Part shown: one piece after another, positions 25,692 through 37,582 of the stretch
Layout of the letters: each line of letters opens with the position of its first letter
How positions within the stretch are numbered: the first letter of the stretch is position 1
Assembly (NCBI RefSeq): GCF_006345805.1
Contig: NC_043005.1
Span: 37,634,001 to 37,698,000 of the forward strand
Direction: 5' to 3'
Length of the DNA: 64,000 bases
Origin: Octopus sinensis
Taxonomy: Eukaryota
Translations under genes and position numbers: made by a program
The notes under the pieces: model-generated
What the model was told of the DNA's origin: nothing
Seen by the model: the letters and a program-made list of their open reading frames with translations, nothing else
The model's database searches: none

Positions 25692-26726
25692 GTATATATG
25701 TACGTACATATGAATTCATGTGTGTATGTTTTTGTGTATTCTCTGATTTATGTTAAGTGGATATACTTCACAAAGTTCCTTGCATCTAGTGAGAATTCAC
25801 TCCCTTGCTAATCTCTGACAATCAGAAATGAACAAGTGATTAATCCATTAAAAGACATGAAGCCAAAGACTCTATTGTTCACAAATAGTAGTAGTAGTAG
25901 GGAGCATGTGCTGAAACAGTGTATCACTATTTCTTGGCAATTCCCTATTGTTTGTATATGATACCTTTCCACCATTCAGACAACTACCCTCAACGCATCG
26001 GTCTGTTTGGGTAGTTGTTGCTGGTGAGAGACTTACGAGGTTGGAGTTCATATCCTACCTCAACCTCTTGTAGTTGCCTTTTACAACATTCAGAAAAAAA
26101 TGATAGGTCTATTCTCTGACATGCTGGTCCCTATACACCAATAGAGAAACTTGAAATGAAATGGTTTCTTCAAGAACACAATATGCTACCTAGTCTGGGA
26201 ATCGAACCCACGATTTGGTGATTTGGTGTGACATCCTAACCACTAGGTCACTTATTCATTTTATATCACAAATTATGATATAAAGTAAGTAAATGAATGA
26301 ATAAATAATCACTTAAGTTTATCATGTCTGAGGTTTGGTAATTTAGTGAAATTTGTGACTAAAGAGAGAAATAATTTTATGGCGGGTTGACTTGGTCATG
26401 TGTCTATGTATGTGTTCGTGTATGTATATGTGTGCATGTATGTGTGTGTGTATGTATGTATGTGTATGTGTGCATCTTGTGTTTGGATCAGAGGATAAAT
26501 TCAGTGACTTTGAAAAGAAACCGTATAATCATTATTATGATTATAATTTAGGGGATGGGAGAAATTATTATTATTAAGGTGGAAAGCTGGCAGAATCATT
26601 AGAATGTTGGGGGTCAATCAGATAAGAAGTATTTGGACTCTACACTCAACTCTTTCCCTTTACCCTAAAAATCACTGGCCTTTTGCCAACTCATAAAACC
26701 ATCATCGGGCATTGCTTACATGTGGA

Positions 26727-26782
<56 letters not shown>

Positions 26783-27265
26783 CATCATCATCATCATCAT
26801 CATTACTATTATTATTAAAGCTGCAAACTGGCAAAATTGTTAGCACACTAGATGAAATGCTTCGCAGTATTTCGTCTGGCACTATGCTTTGAGTTCAAAT
26901 TCCACTGAGGAAAATTTTGCTTTCATGTTTGACCTCTTGCCCTAACATAGTACATTATAAGCAAACTCCTTGTCATCAATTTGCAACCTTCTTTGGAAAT
27001 GTGTCTGGTCAATGTACTGTTTAAAGAATTAGGCGAAATGCTTCTTGTTTGGGAGCAAATGACAGTTAGTGACAAGAAGAGCATCCAGCTATATAGAAAA
27101 TCTGCCTTACAAAATGTCTCTGACTCATGTAAGGATGAAAAAGTAAATGTTAAATTTATGGAAAACACATACTGAGGTAACTTTAATCGACTAAACTGTC
27201 CACACCAAATTTGTGGTTTTGCACCTATCATAGAAATTATTATTATTATTAGTAGTAGTAGTAGT

Positions 27266-28174
27266 CAGGTGTAAACTGGCAGAATTGTTATCATGCCAGG
27301 TGAAATGTTTAGCAGAATTTCATCCGTCTTCATGTTATAATTTCAAATTCTGTCGAGGTTAACTTTGCCTTTCATCCTTTCAGGGTTGATAAAGTAAGTA
27401 TCACTTGAAAACTGGGGTTAATGTAATTAACTTAACCCCTCCCGCAAAATTTCAGGCCTTGTGCCTATTGTAGAAAAGGTTATTATTAATATTGAGGTGG
27501 TGAAGTGGCAGAATCATTACCAAGCTGAACCAAATGCTCAGTGGTATTTCTTCTGGATTTACATTTTGAGTTCAAATTCCACTGAAGTTAACTTTATCTT
27601 CCATCCTTTCAGAGTCGATAACATAAGTACTAGTCATGTTCTGGGGATTGACTAGCTCCCGCCTTCTAAAATTAGTGCTTTTGACCCAAAATTTGAATCA
27701 ATTCATTATCATAATTTTTGACTATTATTATTATTATTAAGTTGGTAAGTTGGTAGAATCATTAGTATGGTGGGCAAAATGCTTAGCAGCATTTAGTTCG
27801 TCTGTACGTTCTGAGTTCAAATTCCACTGAGGTCGATTTTGCCTTTCACCCTTTTAGGGTTGAAAAATTAAGTACCAGTTGTGTACTTTGGTGAATCTAA
27901 TTGACAGCCCCCTCCCCCAAAATTTCAGGTTTTGTGCCTATAATAGAAAGGATTATCATTATTAAGGCGGCGAGCTTGCAGAATCAATGGCATGCTGGAT
28001 GAAATACTTAGCAGTATTTTGCTCATCGCTACATTCTGAGTTCAAATTCCACTGAAGTTGACTTTGCTTTTCATCCCTTCGGGTCAATAAATTAAGAACC
28101 AGTTGAGTACTGGGTCGATGTAAATGACATAACCCCTCCCACAAATTTCAGGCCTTGTGTTTATAGTAGAAAGG

Positions 28175-28240
<66 letters not shown>
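27266..28240 (+). repeat. Head-to-tail array of four head-B SINEs separated by (ATT)n
   Basis: Units start at ~27266, 27494, 27739 and 27964. Each has ggcagaatc..gagttcaaattccactgag..tttgcctttcatcc..agaaaggattatt. Truncated copies lie at ~26575, ~26817, ~28790 and ~29381. Confidence 0.9.
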
Positions 28241-28242
<2 letters not shown>

Positions 28243-28243
28243 T

Positions 28244-28790
28244 CAGTGAGAGAGCAGTGCTTGCCATCAAAGTGACACTAGGGTACAAATATATGAAGCC
28301 CAGTATACCCATCATGACTACTTATCTGATAATGGTATGTCAAACACATGCATCACAATAATAAGTGCATGATATGGTGATCTCATATTAAGATAAATAG
28401 CACACGACCTTGCAGGTGGGGGCCCAGTTGGAATTTTCTACAGGTTGAGTAGACCATCATGCTCAAGTCCTAGAATAATGGTTGTTTAAGTATGTTGAAT
28501 GATTCACCCATGTTTCCAGAGGTGAATTATTCAAACCCCAAAGAATTCCTCTCAACACATGGCTATGATGCTCCCCCACTACTTCTGCTCGTGATCTGAG
28601 ATGCACATATTGTTAGCCATATTGTTCAACTTGTTAAGATGAAGCAACTGACAAGCAAATCTGTGGTATTGAACAGAATATTTGCTGTAGCCCATCTTTT
28701 ATACCAAGACAAAACATGTACTTGGTAACACTTCCAATCAGTTAAGATCAGAAATCGTGTGAGCCACTATCTGATATTGCATCAGGGCAT
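28244..28790 (+). mobile_element. Unclassified ~550-bp interspersed repeat (family E)
   Basis: Homologous segments occur at 20640-20838 (same strand) and ~63610-64000 (inverted). No ORF. Confidence 0.8.
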
Positions 28791-28994
28791 TATTTGATAG
28801 AATCATCAGTATGCTGGGCAAAATGCTTAGCAGTATTTTGTCTGTCACTTCATTCTGAGTTCAGATTCTGCCTAGGTTGACTTTGCCTTTCATCCTTTCA
28901 GGTTTGATAAATTAAGTACCAGTGAAACACTGGGGTTGATATAATTGACTGGTCCTCTTTTAACAAACTTCAGGCTTTGTGCTTTTAGTAGAAA

Positions 28995-29340
28995 GGATAA
29001 TTATTCTCTTCTTTTCTCATTTTACTTGTTTCAATCATTTTGACTGTGGCCATGCTGGAGCACCGCCTTTAATCGAGCAACTCGATCGTGGGACTTATTC
29101 TTTGGAAGCCCAGTACTTATTCTATCGGTCTCTTTTGCTGAACCGCTATGTGATGGGGACATAAACACACCAGCATCGGTTGTCAAACAATGCTAGGGGG
29201 ACAAACACAGACACACAAACATATATGCACATACATATATATATACATATATACGATGGGCTTCTTTCAGTTTCCGTCTACCAAATCCACTCACAAGGCT
29301 TTGGCTGGCCCGAGGCTATAGTAGAAGACACTTGCCCAAG
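28995..29340 (-). mobile_element. Head-A SINE, tail 1, 5'-truncated
   Basis: Reverse complement of the 11414-11838 element, ending at gaagacacttgcccaag. Confidence 0.88.
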
Positions 29341-29344
29341 GATT

Positions 29345-29379
<35 letters not shown>

Positions 29380-29630
29380 TAAGGCAACGAACTTGCAGAA
29401 CTAAGAGTTTCTCAGAAAAACACTTTGCTGTTATTGTTCCCGCACTTTACATGCTGAATTCAATTTCAACCAAGGTGAACTTAACCATTTATCCTTTCGG
29501 GTTCAATAAAGTGTAGTACTTACCAGATAATTGGTCAATGCAATCAACTAACCCACTCTGCTCTTCAAAAGTGCTGGCCTTGCGCTTAAATCAGATATTT
29601 ATCTCATTATTGTTATTAGGCTTTGATGTA

Positions 29631-29845
29631 GAGGCGCAATGGCCCAGTGGTTAGGGCAGCGGACTCGCGGTCGCAGGATCGCGCTTTCGATTCTCAGACC
29701 GGGCGTTGTGTGTGTTTATTGAGCGAAAACACCTAAAAAAGCTCTACGAGGCTCCGGCAGGGGGTGGTGATCCCTGCTGTACTCTTTCACCACAATGGCG
29801 GTGCCCCAGCATGGCCACAGCTCAAGAGCTGAAACTGGAAAAAAC
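29631..29845 (+). mobile_element. tRNA-derived SINE, head C joined to a tail-1-like 3' end
   Basis: tggcccagtggttagggc (A box) and ttcgattctc (B box), CpG-rich. The head matches the inverted copy at 44092-44381, but the 3' end is ggcggtgccccagcatggccacagctc. Confidence 0.85.
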
Positions 29846-30285
29846 AAAAACAAAAACATGTTTTGGGTCTCACTCAGAAAACACAGCAAGCTAGACTTCT
29901 AACTGTCAGTATTATTTATGGTTAACAATAACCTATTTGAGGCATGTTATTTGTAACAGAGGTTGCTGAGTGTTGTGTAAGTTTTGTATGTTCTGAGTTG
30001 TCTATGCACGCAACTTGATATCCTTTCCCTGTTTGAACTGCTTTCATAAATATTGGTAAAGCCTATGTGAAAGCCATTGATATTACAACTGCCAATTTCC
30101 CTTTATTAATTGTCATTGGCTCTCTGATAATGCAAAGCTAAGAACAATTCAAACATGTCATATGCTCTGGCAGCTAGTTATTGTAAGGGAGATAATCACA
30201 TCTAGATCAGTCATAACAGCATTAGAAGCTTGAATTTTAAATCAGAAAAGATCAATGCAGAAGATGTACAGAATAGGTGCAGGAG

Positions 30286-31070
30286 TGGCTGTGTGGTAAG
30301 TAGCTTACTTACCAACCATATTGTTCCGGGTTCAGTCCTATAGCATGGCACCTTGGGCAAGTGTTTTCACCTATAACCTCAGGCTGACCAAAACCTTTTG
30401 AGTGGATTTGGTAGACGGAAACTGAAAGAAGCCCATCGTAAATATATATATATATGCATATATACTCTTTACTCTTTTACTTGTTTCAGTCATTTTGACT
30501 GCGGCAATGCTGGAGCACCGCCTTTAAAATGGAATGCTTACAGCACCTAGGTTTCCCAAGCGGTCACCCATCTAAGTACTAACTAGGCTCGATGTTGCTT
30601 AACTTCGGTGATCAGACGAGAACCAGTGCTTTCAACATGATATGGCCGTATTATATCATATGTTTGGATGGCGTGCCTTTGCCAATAACATACCTCTACT
30701 CAACTACCGAGCTCTCACTTCCGACGACTCGACTCAACAGAACTTGACGTCTAGACTACTGATGGCTCTGGCTCACTCTATATAACACTTCTGTGACTAG
30801 CCATCACGTCCACTATTTATATGTATTGGACTAGCCTACTTATCATCTGGGGGCATCCACACAAAATATATATATATGTATGTGTGTGTGTGTGTGTGTG
30901 TGTTTGTCTTTGTACCTGTGTTTGTCCTCCACCACCACTTCAGCAAAAGATAGAATAAGTACCCTGATTTAAAAGGTACTAGGATCAATTTATTCAACTA
31001 CAAATTCCTCAAGAAAATGCTCCAGCATGGCTGCAATCTACTGACTGAAACAAGTAAAAAAAAATAAAGA
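30286..31070 (+). mobile_element. Head-A SINE interrupted at its microsatellite by a minus-strand insert
   Basis: Head at 30276-30440 and tail at ~30880-31070, with 30463-30865 lying between them. Confidence 0.75.
30534..30650 (-). rRNA. 5S rRNA copy, probably a pseudogene
   Basis: Minus strand TACGGCCATATCATGTTGAAAGCACTGGTTCTCGTCTGATCACCGAAGTTAAGCAACATCGAGCCTAGTTAGTACTTAGATGGGTGACCGCTTGGGAAACCTAGGTGCTGTAAGCAT aligns end to end with metazoan 5S. About 3 nt are missing at the 5' end, there are several CpG-type transitions, and TTTT follows 4 nt downstream. Confidence 0.93.
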
Positions 31071-31618
31071 GATGAATATGTAATAGATTTGCAGACCCAT
31101 TTATATGTTGGGCAAATTCTCTTGGAATATCTGTTCCAATTCTTTGCATTCTGAGTTCAAATCATGCCAAAGTTAATTTTGCCTTTTTGTCTTTCTGGGG
31201 CACGAGGCCAGTAAATCTAGTAGGATGGGGTTGTTAAGTTATATTGCTCTCAGTTTTTGACTGGCACTTTATTCTTTTGAGTCCAAAACGATGACAGACA
31301 AAATCAGTCTCAGCAGTATTTGAACACAATGTAAAATGCTGTAAGAAATACTGTTAACCATTTCGTCTGGCAGCTCACCACCTTAACCATTTAGCATTCA
31401 GATTTTTCTGTCAAATGCTTATTTATTAATGTTGTTTTGAATTAATTACACATTATTTGTAGCTTTAAGATTCCAAGGATGTAATTGCTTATTTATTACA
31501 ATGACATTATAGGGTAGATGCCAGAGGTCAAATCTGGCCAGTTTGAACATAAAGCATTTAAAATATTTCGGCCAGATATAGCCTGTTTGATTGATAAAGG
31601 GGGAATAATAATAACAAC

Positions 31619-31667
<49 letters not shown>

Positions 31668-31682
31668 TTTTAAACCTTGGGA

Positions 31683-31739
31683 TTACATAGAGAGTATTTT
31701 GCATAGGATATGAGCAGTTCCCATGAGCACTATCTTTTG
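31683..31739 (-). mobile_element. C-terminal tip of a REL-endonuclease LINE
   Basis: Translates to QKIVLMGTAHILCKILSM*, resembling the QKxxLLGTAxILRxxL terminus of R4/Dong-like ORFs. It sits between (AAT)n runs. Confidence 0.6.
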
Positions 31740-31745
31740 AATTTA

Positions 31746-31812
<67 letters not shown>

Positions 31813-31854
31813 GCACTGTTCAAGCCCTTGGGAATGAATGAAACTGAAAATAGG

Positions 31855-32390
31855 TGGATAAAAAAAAGAATGTATGGGTAATTTCATAGGGATATTGAAG
31901 ATAAGACAGACAGAGAAAAAAGATGGCTATAGATGACTAAAAGTAATTTAAAACCAGAAACAGAGGCTGTAATCTGTACTGCCCAAGAGTAAACACTAAG
32001 AACCAATTACCTCAAATACAAAATATAGAATATTACATCAAATACAGAATATGGTATGAACATAAACCTGAAGGCATCATTGAAAATGATAATGCAAAGA
32101 TCCTATGGGATTTTATGATTCATTGTGACTATGAGATAGAGAATAGGAAGTGAGACATAGTGTTAATTGAGAAGGAAAGCAAACAATGCTGGATCATAGA
32201 TATAGCATACCCAGCTGACAACAAGGTATGCAATAAGGAAAAAAGAAAAGTCAATAGATATGTCAGGTTAGCTTGGGAGTTTAAGCAGTTGTGGTTGATG
32301 AAATAGGTGGTTGTACCAATATTTGTTGGAACCCTGGGAACAGTGAGTAAAAATCTTGAGAAGTACATGGAACAAATAGGGGCTGCAATA
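31855..32390 (+). mobile_element. Non-LTR retrotransposon remnant with restriction-like endonuclease (R4/Dong/HERO-type)
   Basis: WIKKRMYG*FHRDI..MTKSNLKPETEAVICTAQE*TLRTNYLKYKI, then WYEHKPEGIIENDNAKILWDFMIHCDYEIENRK*DIVLIEKESKQCWIIDIAYP..VVVPIFVGTLGTVSKNLEKY. There are multiple stops, and the CCHC knuckle is deleted. Confidence 0.9.
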
Positions 32391-32649
32391 TGTGCAGTGT
32401 CTGAGTATTGCTGACTTGGGACATTAAGTTAAACAGTTGTTGTCACATGTAGGACAAATGCAGCTACTGGGCAAATCAGTTTTGACTTTCGCCTCATCAC
32501 AAATTTTAAAAATAAAGTGGAAGATGTTGTTCTTCTATGAGGTTGCTATGCTGAAAGAAATTGTGTTGTAGACAAGGCTGATAGAATTGAAGACAAACAC
32601 ATCTCTCTCTAATCAAGCCCTCATCAACTTTTTCAAGGTTCCACTTTGC

Positions 32650-33045
32650 AGGAGTGTCTGTGTCGTAAGTAGTTTGCTTACCAACCACATGGTTCTGAGT
32701 TCAGTCCTACTGTGTGGCACCCTGGGCAAGTGTCTTCTACTATAGCCTCAGGCAAACCAAAGCCTTGTGAGTGGATTTTTTGACAGAAACTGAAAGAAGA
32801 CCGCTGTGTATATATATATATGTATGTATGTATGTATATATGTATGTATGTATGTGTATGTATGTGTGTGTGTGTATGTATGTATGTTTGTATGTTTGTA
32901 TGTATATGTTTGTGTGTCTGTGTTTGTCCCCACTTCATCACTTGACAACCGATGTTGGTGTGCTTGCATCTCCGTAACCTTGTGGTTTGGCAAGAGTGAC
33001 CGATAGAATAAGTACTAGGCTTGCAAAGAATAAGTCCTGGGGTCT
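32650..33045 (+). mobile_element. Head-A SINE, tail truncated
   Basis: Same modules as 11414-11838, up to gaataagtcctggggtc. Confidence 0.88.
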
Positions 33046-33435
33046 GACTCTCCACCCAGTGAATTTGTCACAAGGTGGGTTACTGTGGAAGAAAAAGCTA
33101 GGGTGAATGGACCTACTCCTAACACATGCTTGTAGAGTGAGTAATGATAGTTGGGTGATGGCTAGGGCCTTTGGTGACTTGGTGATCCTAGATCCTAGAT
33201 TGGCCCTAGCTGAAAATTCTGTATGAGGAAGACTGCATCATCCTTGTGTTCGCATATTTTGAATGCTAGATATACATTTTATACCATTCCTTCTTCTCTT
33301 CCTTTCTTCCACTCATTTTTATAAACCCCCTCCACACACACACACACACATACATACACTCTCACAAATTGTAAACTGAACTTGTAACATACCCCTCATC
33401 TGATGTCCCTGTGGCAAATAAAAGAAATTATTATA

Positions 33436-33479
<44 letters not shown>

Positions 33480-33579
33480 CATTATTATTATTATTATACA
33501 TCTGAGGCTTCTATGGTTTAAGCAAAAAATTCTAATTATTTTTATCAACTTAAACATCATCAATACAGAAATCAATGTT

Positions 33580-33589
33580 ACTAACATTG

Positions 33590-33646
<57 letters not shown>

Positions 33647-33968
33647 ACATCCTCTCTCTCTCTCTCCCCTCTCCCTCTCTTTCACTTCCTCTCTCTCTCC
33701 CTTCTCTCTTTCTCTCTCTTCCTCTCTCTCTCTTTCTCCTTCTCTCTCTCTCAATATCCTTACCACACCCCAGTAGTATTTTTAATTCTTTCTTTCTATC
33801 TTTGTAGGTTCTTTAGTCTAAAGATCTATTTCAGATACATAAAACATTATTATTAATTTTATTATTTTTATTATTATCTATCATCATCAATCTTCTTCTT
33901 TGTCTTCGTCTTCTTCTTCTTCTTCGTCTTCTTCGTCTTCTTCTTCTTCTTCTTCTTCTTCTCTTCTT

Positions 33969-34050
<82 letters not shown>
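33580..34050. repeat. Compound microsatellites (CT)n, (CA)n, (TCT)n, (TTA)n
   Basis: Directly visible. Confidence 0.95.
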
Positions 34051-34055
<5 letters not shown>

Positions 34056-34400
34056 TTATATTATTGCTTATATTTTCATTTTCATCATCATTTTTGTTAT
34101 TATTAGTATTATTATTATTATTATTATATTATTATTATTATATTTATATTATTGCTTATATTTTCATTTTCATCATCATTTTTGTTATTATTAGTATTAT
34201 TATTATATTATTATTTTATTATATTATATATTTATATTATTGCTTATATTTTCATTTTCATCATCATTTTTGTTATTATTAGTATTATTATTATTATTAT
34301 TATTATTATATTATTATTATATATTTATATTATTGCTTATATTTTCATTTTCATCATCATTTTTGTTATTATTAGTATTATTATTATTATTATTATTATT
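34051..34400. repeat. ~88-bp minisatellite, four copies
   Basis: The unit tatatttatattattgcttatattttcattttcatcatcatttttgttattattagt(att)n starts at ~34051, 34139, 34227 and 34320. Confidence 0.92.
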
Positions 34401-34992
34401 ATCATCATCATCATCATCATCAGACTGCACTGTATGCTGCCTTGTGCATGGTTTCGTTTAATGTTGTGCCATATTTGATATGCTGTTTGCTGTTTGGAAT
34501 TGAATTGAAAACTAATTGAATTTGTTTTAAGAGATTTTCTGCTGTGTTTGTTGTTTCTTCTTTAATTACATTTTTTATGTTTGTTTTATTCATTCGTTTA
34601 TTTATTTATGTTTTTGAGTTTCCCAGTTGCTATTTATATCTAACTTTGTCGATAAGCTACTAAATGTTTCAGTCGTTGGCAAAAGGCAGTTGAACAGAGC
34701 AAGCCACCATTGGGAGAGATGAGTTTAGAATTAAAAATGAAAATCAACACAGGAATTAATGTTAAAAAACAAAAATACAGCCATTGTTTTGTTTTGTTTT
34801 TTTTGGTATATTTCTTTTTGTAAATTTTACTTATATTCTATTGTAAAAAAAATTTAACCCTATTTTTTTTTCCTTCCAGGTTAATAAATGTATTTATATG
34901 ATTTTGTGTTTAATCATAGTTATGCAATTCATACATATAGATGCATAGATACACGCTTGGCACATGTCATATATATATTTATATATATATAT

Positions 34993-35023
<31 letters not shown>

Positions 35024-35124
35024 CCAGAGTAGGCACATAAATGCAAGACAAGGTGTAAAAAATAGTACACAAATACCAGAGGTAGAGTAATATGCTTTAT
35101 TAAAATCCAGCAAAAGTATCACAA

Positions 35125-35168
35125 AAACTGTTACTCAGAGTTTCACAGTCCCATTCGTCGGACAGTTT
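35125..35168 (-). ncRNA. Hammerhead-like motif, mirror copy
   Basis: AAACUGU-CCGACGA-AUG[GGAC]UGU-GAAA-CUC-U-GAG-UA-ACAGUUU. Confidence 0.5.
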
Positions 35169-35175
35169 TGTTTAG

Positions 35176-35219
35176 AAACTGTCCGACGAAAGGGAATGTG
35201 AAACTCTGAGTAACAGTTT
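35176..35219 (+). ncRNA. Minimal type I hammerhead-like motif (U4C core)
   Basis: AAACUGU-CCGACGA-AAG[GGAA]UGU-GAAA-CUC-U-GAG-UA-ACAGUUU. It has a 7-bp stem I, palindromic stem III ACUC.GAGU and a GUA triplet at 35210-35212. Stem II is decayed. Confidence 0.55.
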
Positions 35220-36460
35220 TTGTGATATTTTTACTGCTTCTTAATATATATATATACACACATACACACACACATACATATATATATAATGTATATATAT
35301 GTCATCATCATCATCACCACCAATTGTTTATGCATGTATATGTGCACATATATATATAATGCCTATGTATATATATGTATACATGTGCATATATATATAA
35401 TGTATATGATATATGTATGTATATATATGTGCATATATACATGCATATATATATGTACATATATATATTCATATATATATATGTGTGTATATATATGTGT
35501 GTGTGTGTATGTGTATGTGTGTGTGGTGTGTGCATGTTTGCTCATTATAAATGAATATCTTCTTTTCTCTATTAGTGAGTGTATGTGTGTGTATGTGTGT
35601 GTGGGGGGGTGTGCATGCTTATATATTATATATTACTTTTCAAAGGAAAAGGTTGATAGTGACTTCTACATATCAGTGTTGTTTCCATCATCATCAAAAT
35701 GTATATGCATTTACTTTTGATAACAAATATATCTATGAGTTATGTTTGTACCTTAAAACATTATTACATGTATGTATGCATATTTGTGTGTATGAGAATG
35801 TTAATGCTGGTAAGATATATACCAATATATGTACACTTATTTATGCATTACTATGCATATACTGATTGTGCAACATGCACAAATGACATACATTTAGCTA
35901 TATCTATATATACACCCTGTGAATTAATACTTTTGTTTATAATAATATTTTTGATACTCTGTTTTTTTTTCTTTTTTTTGTATAGATTAAAACTATGATT
36001 TCTAAACCACATATACATGCCTTCATATCAAATCATATCTACGATAGAAACATTGCTGTAATGTCAGATAGAATCTTGGAGATAATGAGACTAGTGTTAT
36101 GTATTCACACTTGTAAATCTACCCTACATTCCTCGCACTGCAAAAGATATCGGAATATCTTTGTTAAATAGATTCAATAAATGTCCTATGAATTTTAGAA
36201 AATATTATGTAAATTGCCTATCACAACAATTATACATATGTTTGTATTCATGCATGCACCCACACTCATATATGTATGTGTGTGTGTGCGTATATACATA
36301 TATATCCACACACACACACATATAATCATACATACATGCTTATATACATAAATACATGCAATACACAAAAGTAGAGTCACTGAAGCTATTACATTGCATC
36401 CACATGCTCTTCTTCACTTTTACCTCACAATTTGTTATTATTTCTGAAGTAATAATAATG

Positions 36461-36515
<55 letters not shown>

Positions 36516-36516
36516 A

Positions 36517-36900
36517 TGATCCTTTCTACAATGGGTACAAGTCCTGGAATTTGTGAGTAGGGTGTAAGTTGATCAGATCGAATCCCAGTACTTGACTAAT
36601 ACTTAATTTATCAACCCTGAAAGGATGAAAGGCAAAGTCGATATTGGTGGAATTTGAACGGAGAACATAAAGATGGGTGAAATACCTCTAAGCAATTTTG
36701 AGGTAAGGTGTTAGTTAATTAGATAGACCCCAGTGCTTTACTGGTATTTGTTTTATAGACCCAGAAAAGATAAAAAGGCAAAGTTGACCCCTGCAGACTT
36801 TTCACTTTAAATATAAAGTGCTGTGAGAAATATCATTAAATATTTTGTCTGATGTGCTAACAATTATATCAGCCCATCACCTTAATAGTTATAATAATTT
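36517..36900 (-). repeat. Two tandem head-B SINE copies
   Basis: Reverse complement of the 27.3-28.2 kb unit (aaaggatgaaaggcaaagtc..ggaatttgaac). Confidence 0.8.
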
Positions 36901-37582
36901 TCTCCTACCAGACATAAGGCCTGGAACTTTTGTGGAAAGTGTGTGTGTGGGTGAGGGGGGTTGCTGGTCAATTACATCAACTCCAGTGCTCAACAGAATG
37001 TAAAGCAAAGTCAACCTTATGTTCACAAGGAGCCAAAACAATATCAAAGGGCAAATTTCAGTGCACAAAAAAAATGAAGCTTGCTCCAATCAAAGGGAAT
37101 TAACATTACTAAGAACATACAAAAGATGTAAAAATAGAGATAAAAGAAATTAATCCCCCAGTAATGGAGCAATCTACTGAGAATAATTCATGGGAAATGC
37201 AACACAAAAAAAGGCCCTGATTACTCTACCAACTCCAAGGCATAGAAACTGCTCTCTCCCAGTTTCTTTCACTCTATAGAGAAAAGCAAACAAAACACAG
37301 GATAGGCCCAAATAATAACAGATACTTCGAATTTCGGCACAAGGCCAGCAACTTTGATGTGAGTGTTTTGATCAGTTACATTGGACCCCAGAGGTAGAAT
37401 GGCATTTTATTTTATCAAAACTGAAAGAATAGAAGACAATATTGAACTTGACAGCAATTGAATGATTTGATCTCAGAATTCAAAAAGCCCAGACAAATAC
37501 CAGAAAGAGTTTTCCTTGATGCTCTGACATTTCTGCCAGTTAGGTGCCAATAATAACAATAATAGTGATAATAATAATAATG

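Larger units (their letters stand above)
35021..35246. mobile_element. Asymmetric fold-back element, Penelope-like terminus (second family)
   Basis: Arms at ~35098-35168 and 35176-35246 surround a 7-nt loop. The left side extends unpaired to 35021, and the element sits within (TA)n. Confidence 0.7.

Noticed and set aside
25981-26076. Two adjacent hairpins as a miRNA or structured RNA
   Set aside because: The stems are only about 9 and 7 bp, too short for a pre-miRNA and plausible by chance.
27266-28240. Regularly spaced repeats resembling a CRISPR array
   Set aside because: The units are ~200-bp SINEs with microsatellite spacers in eukaryotic DNA, and there are no cas genes.
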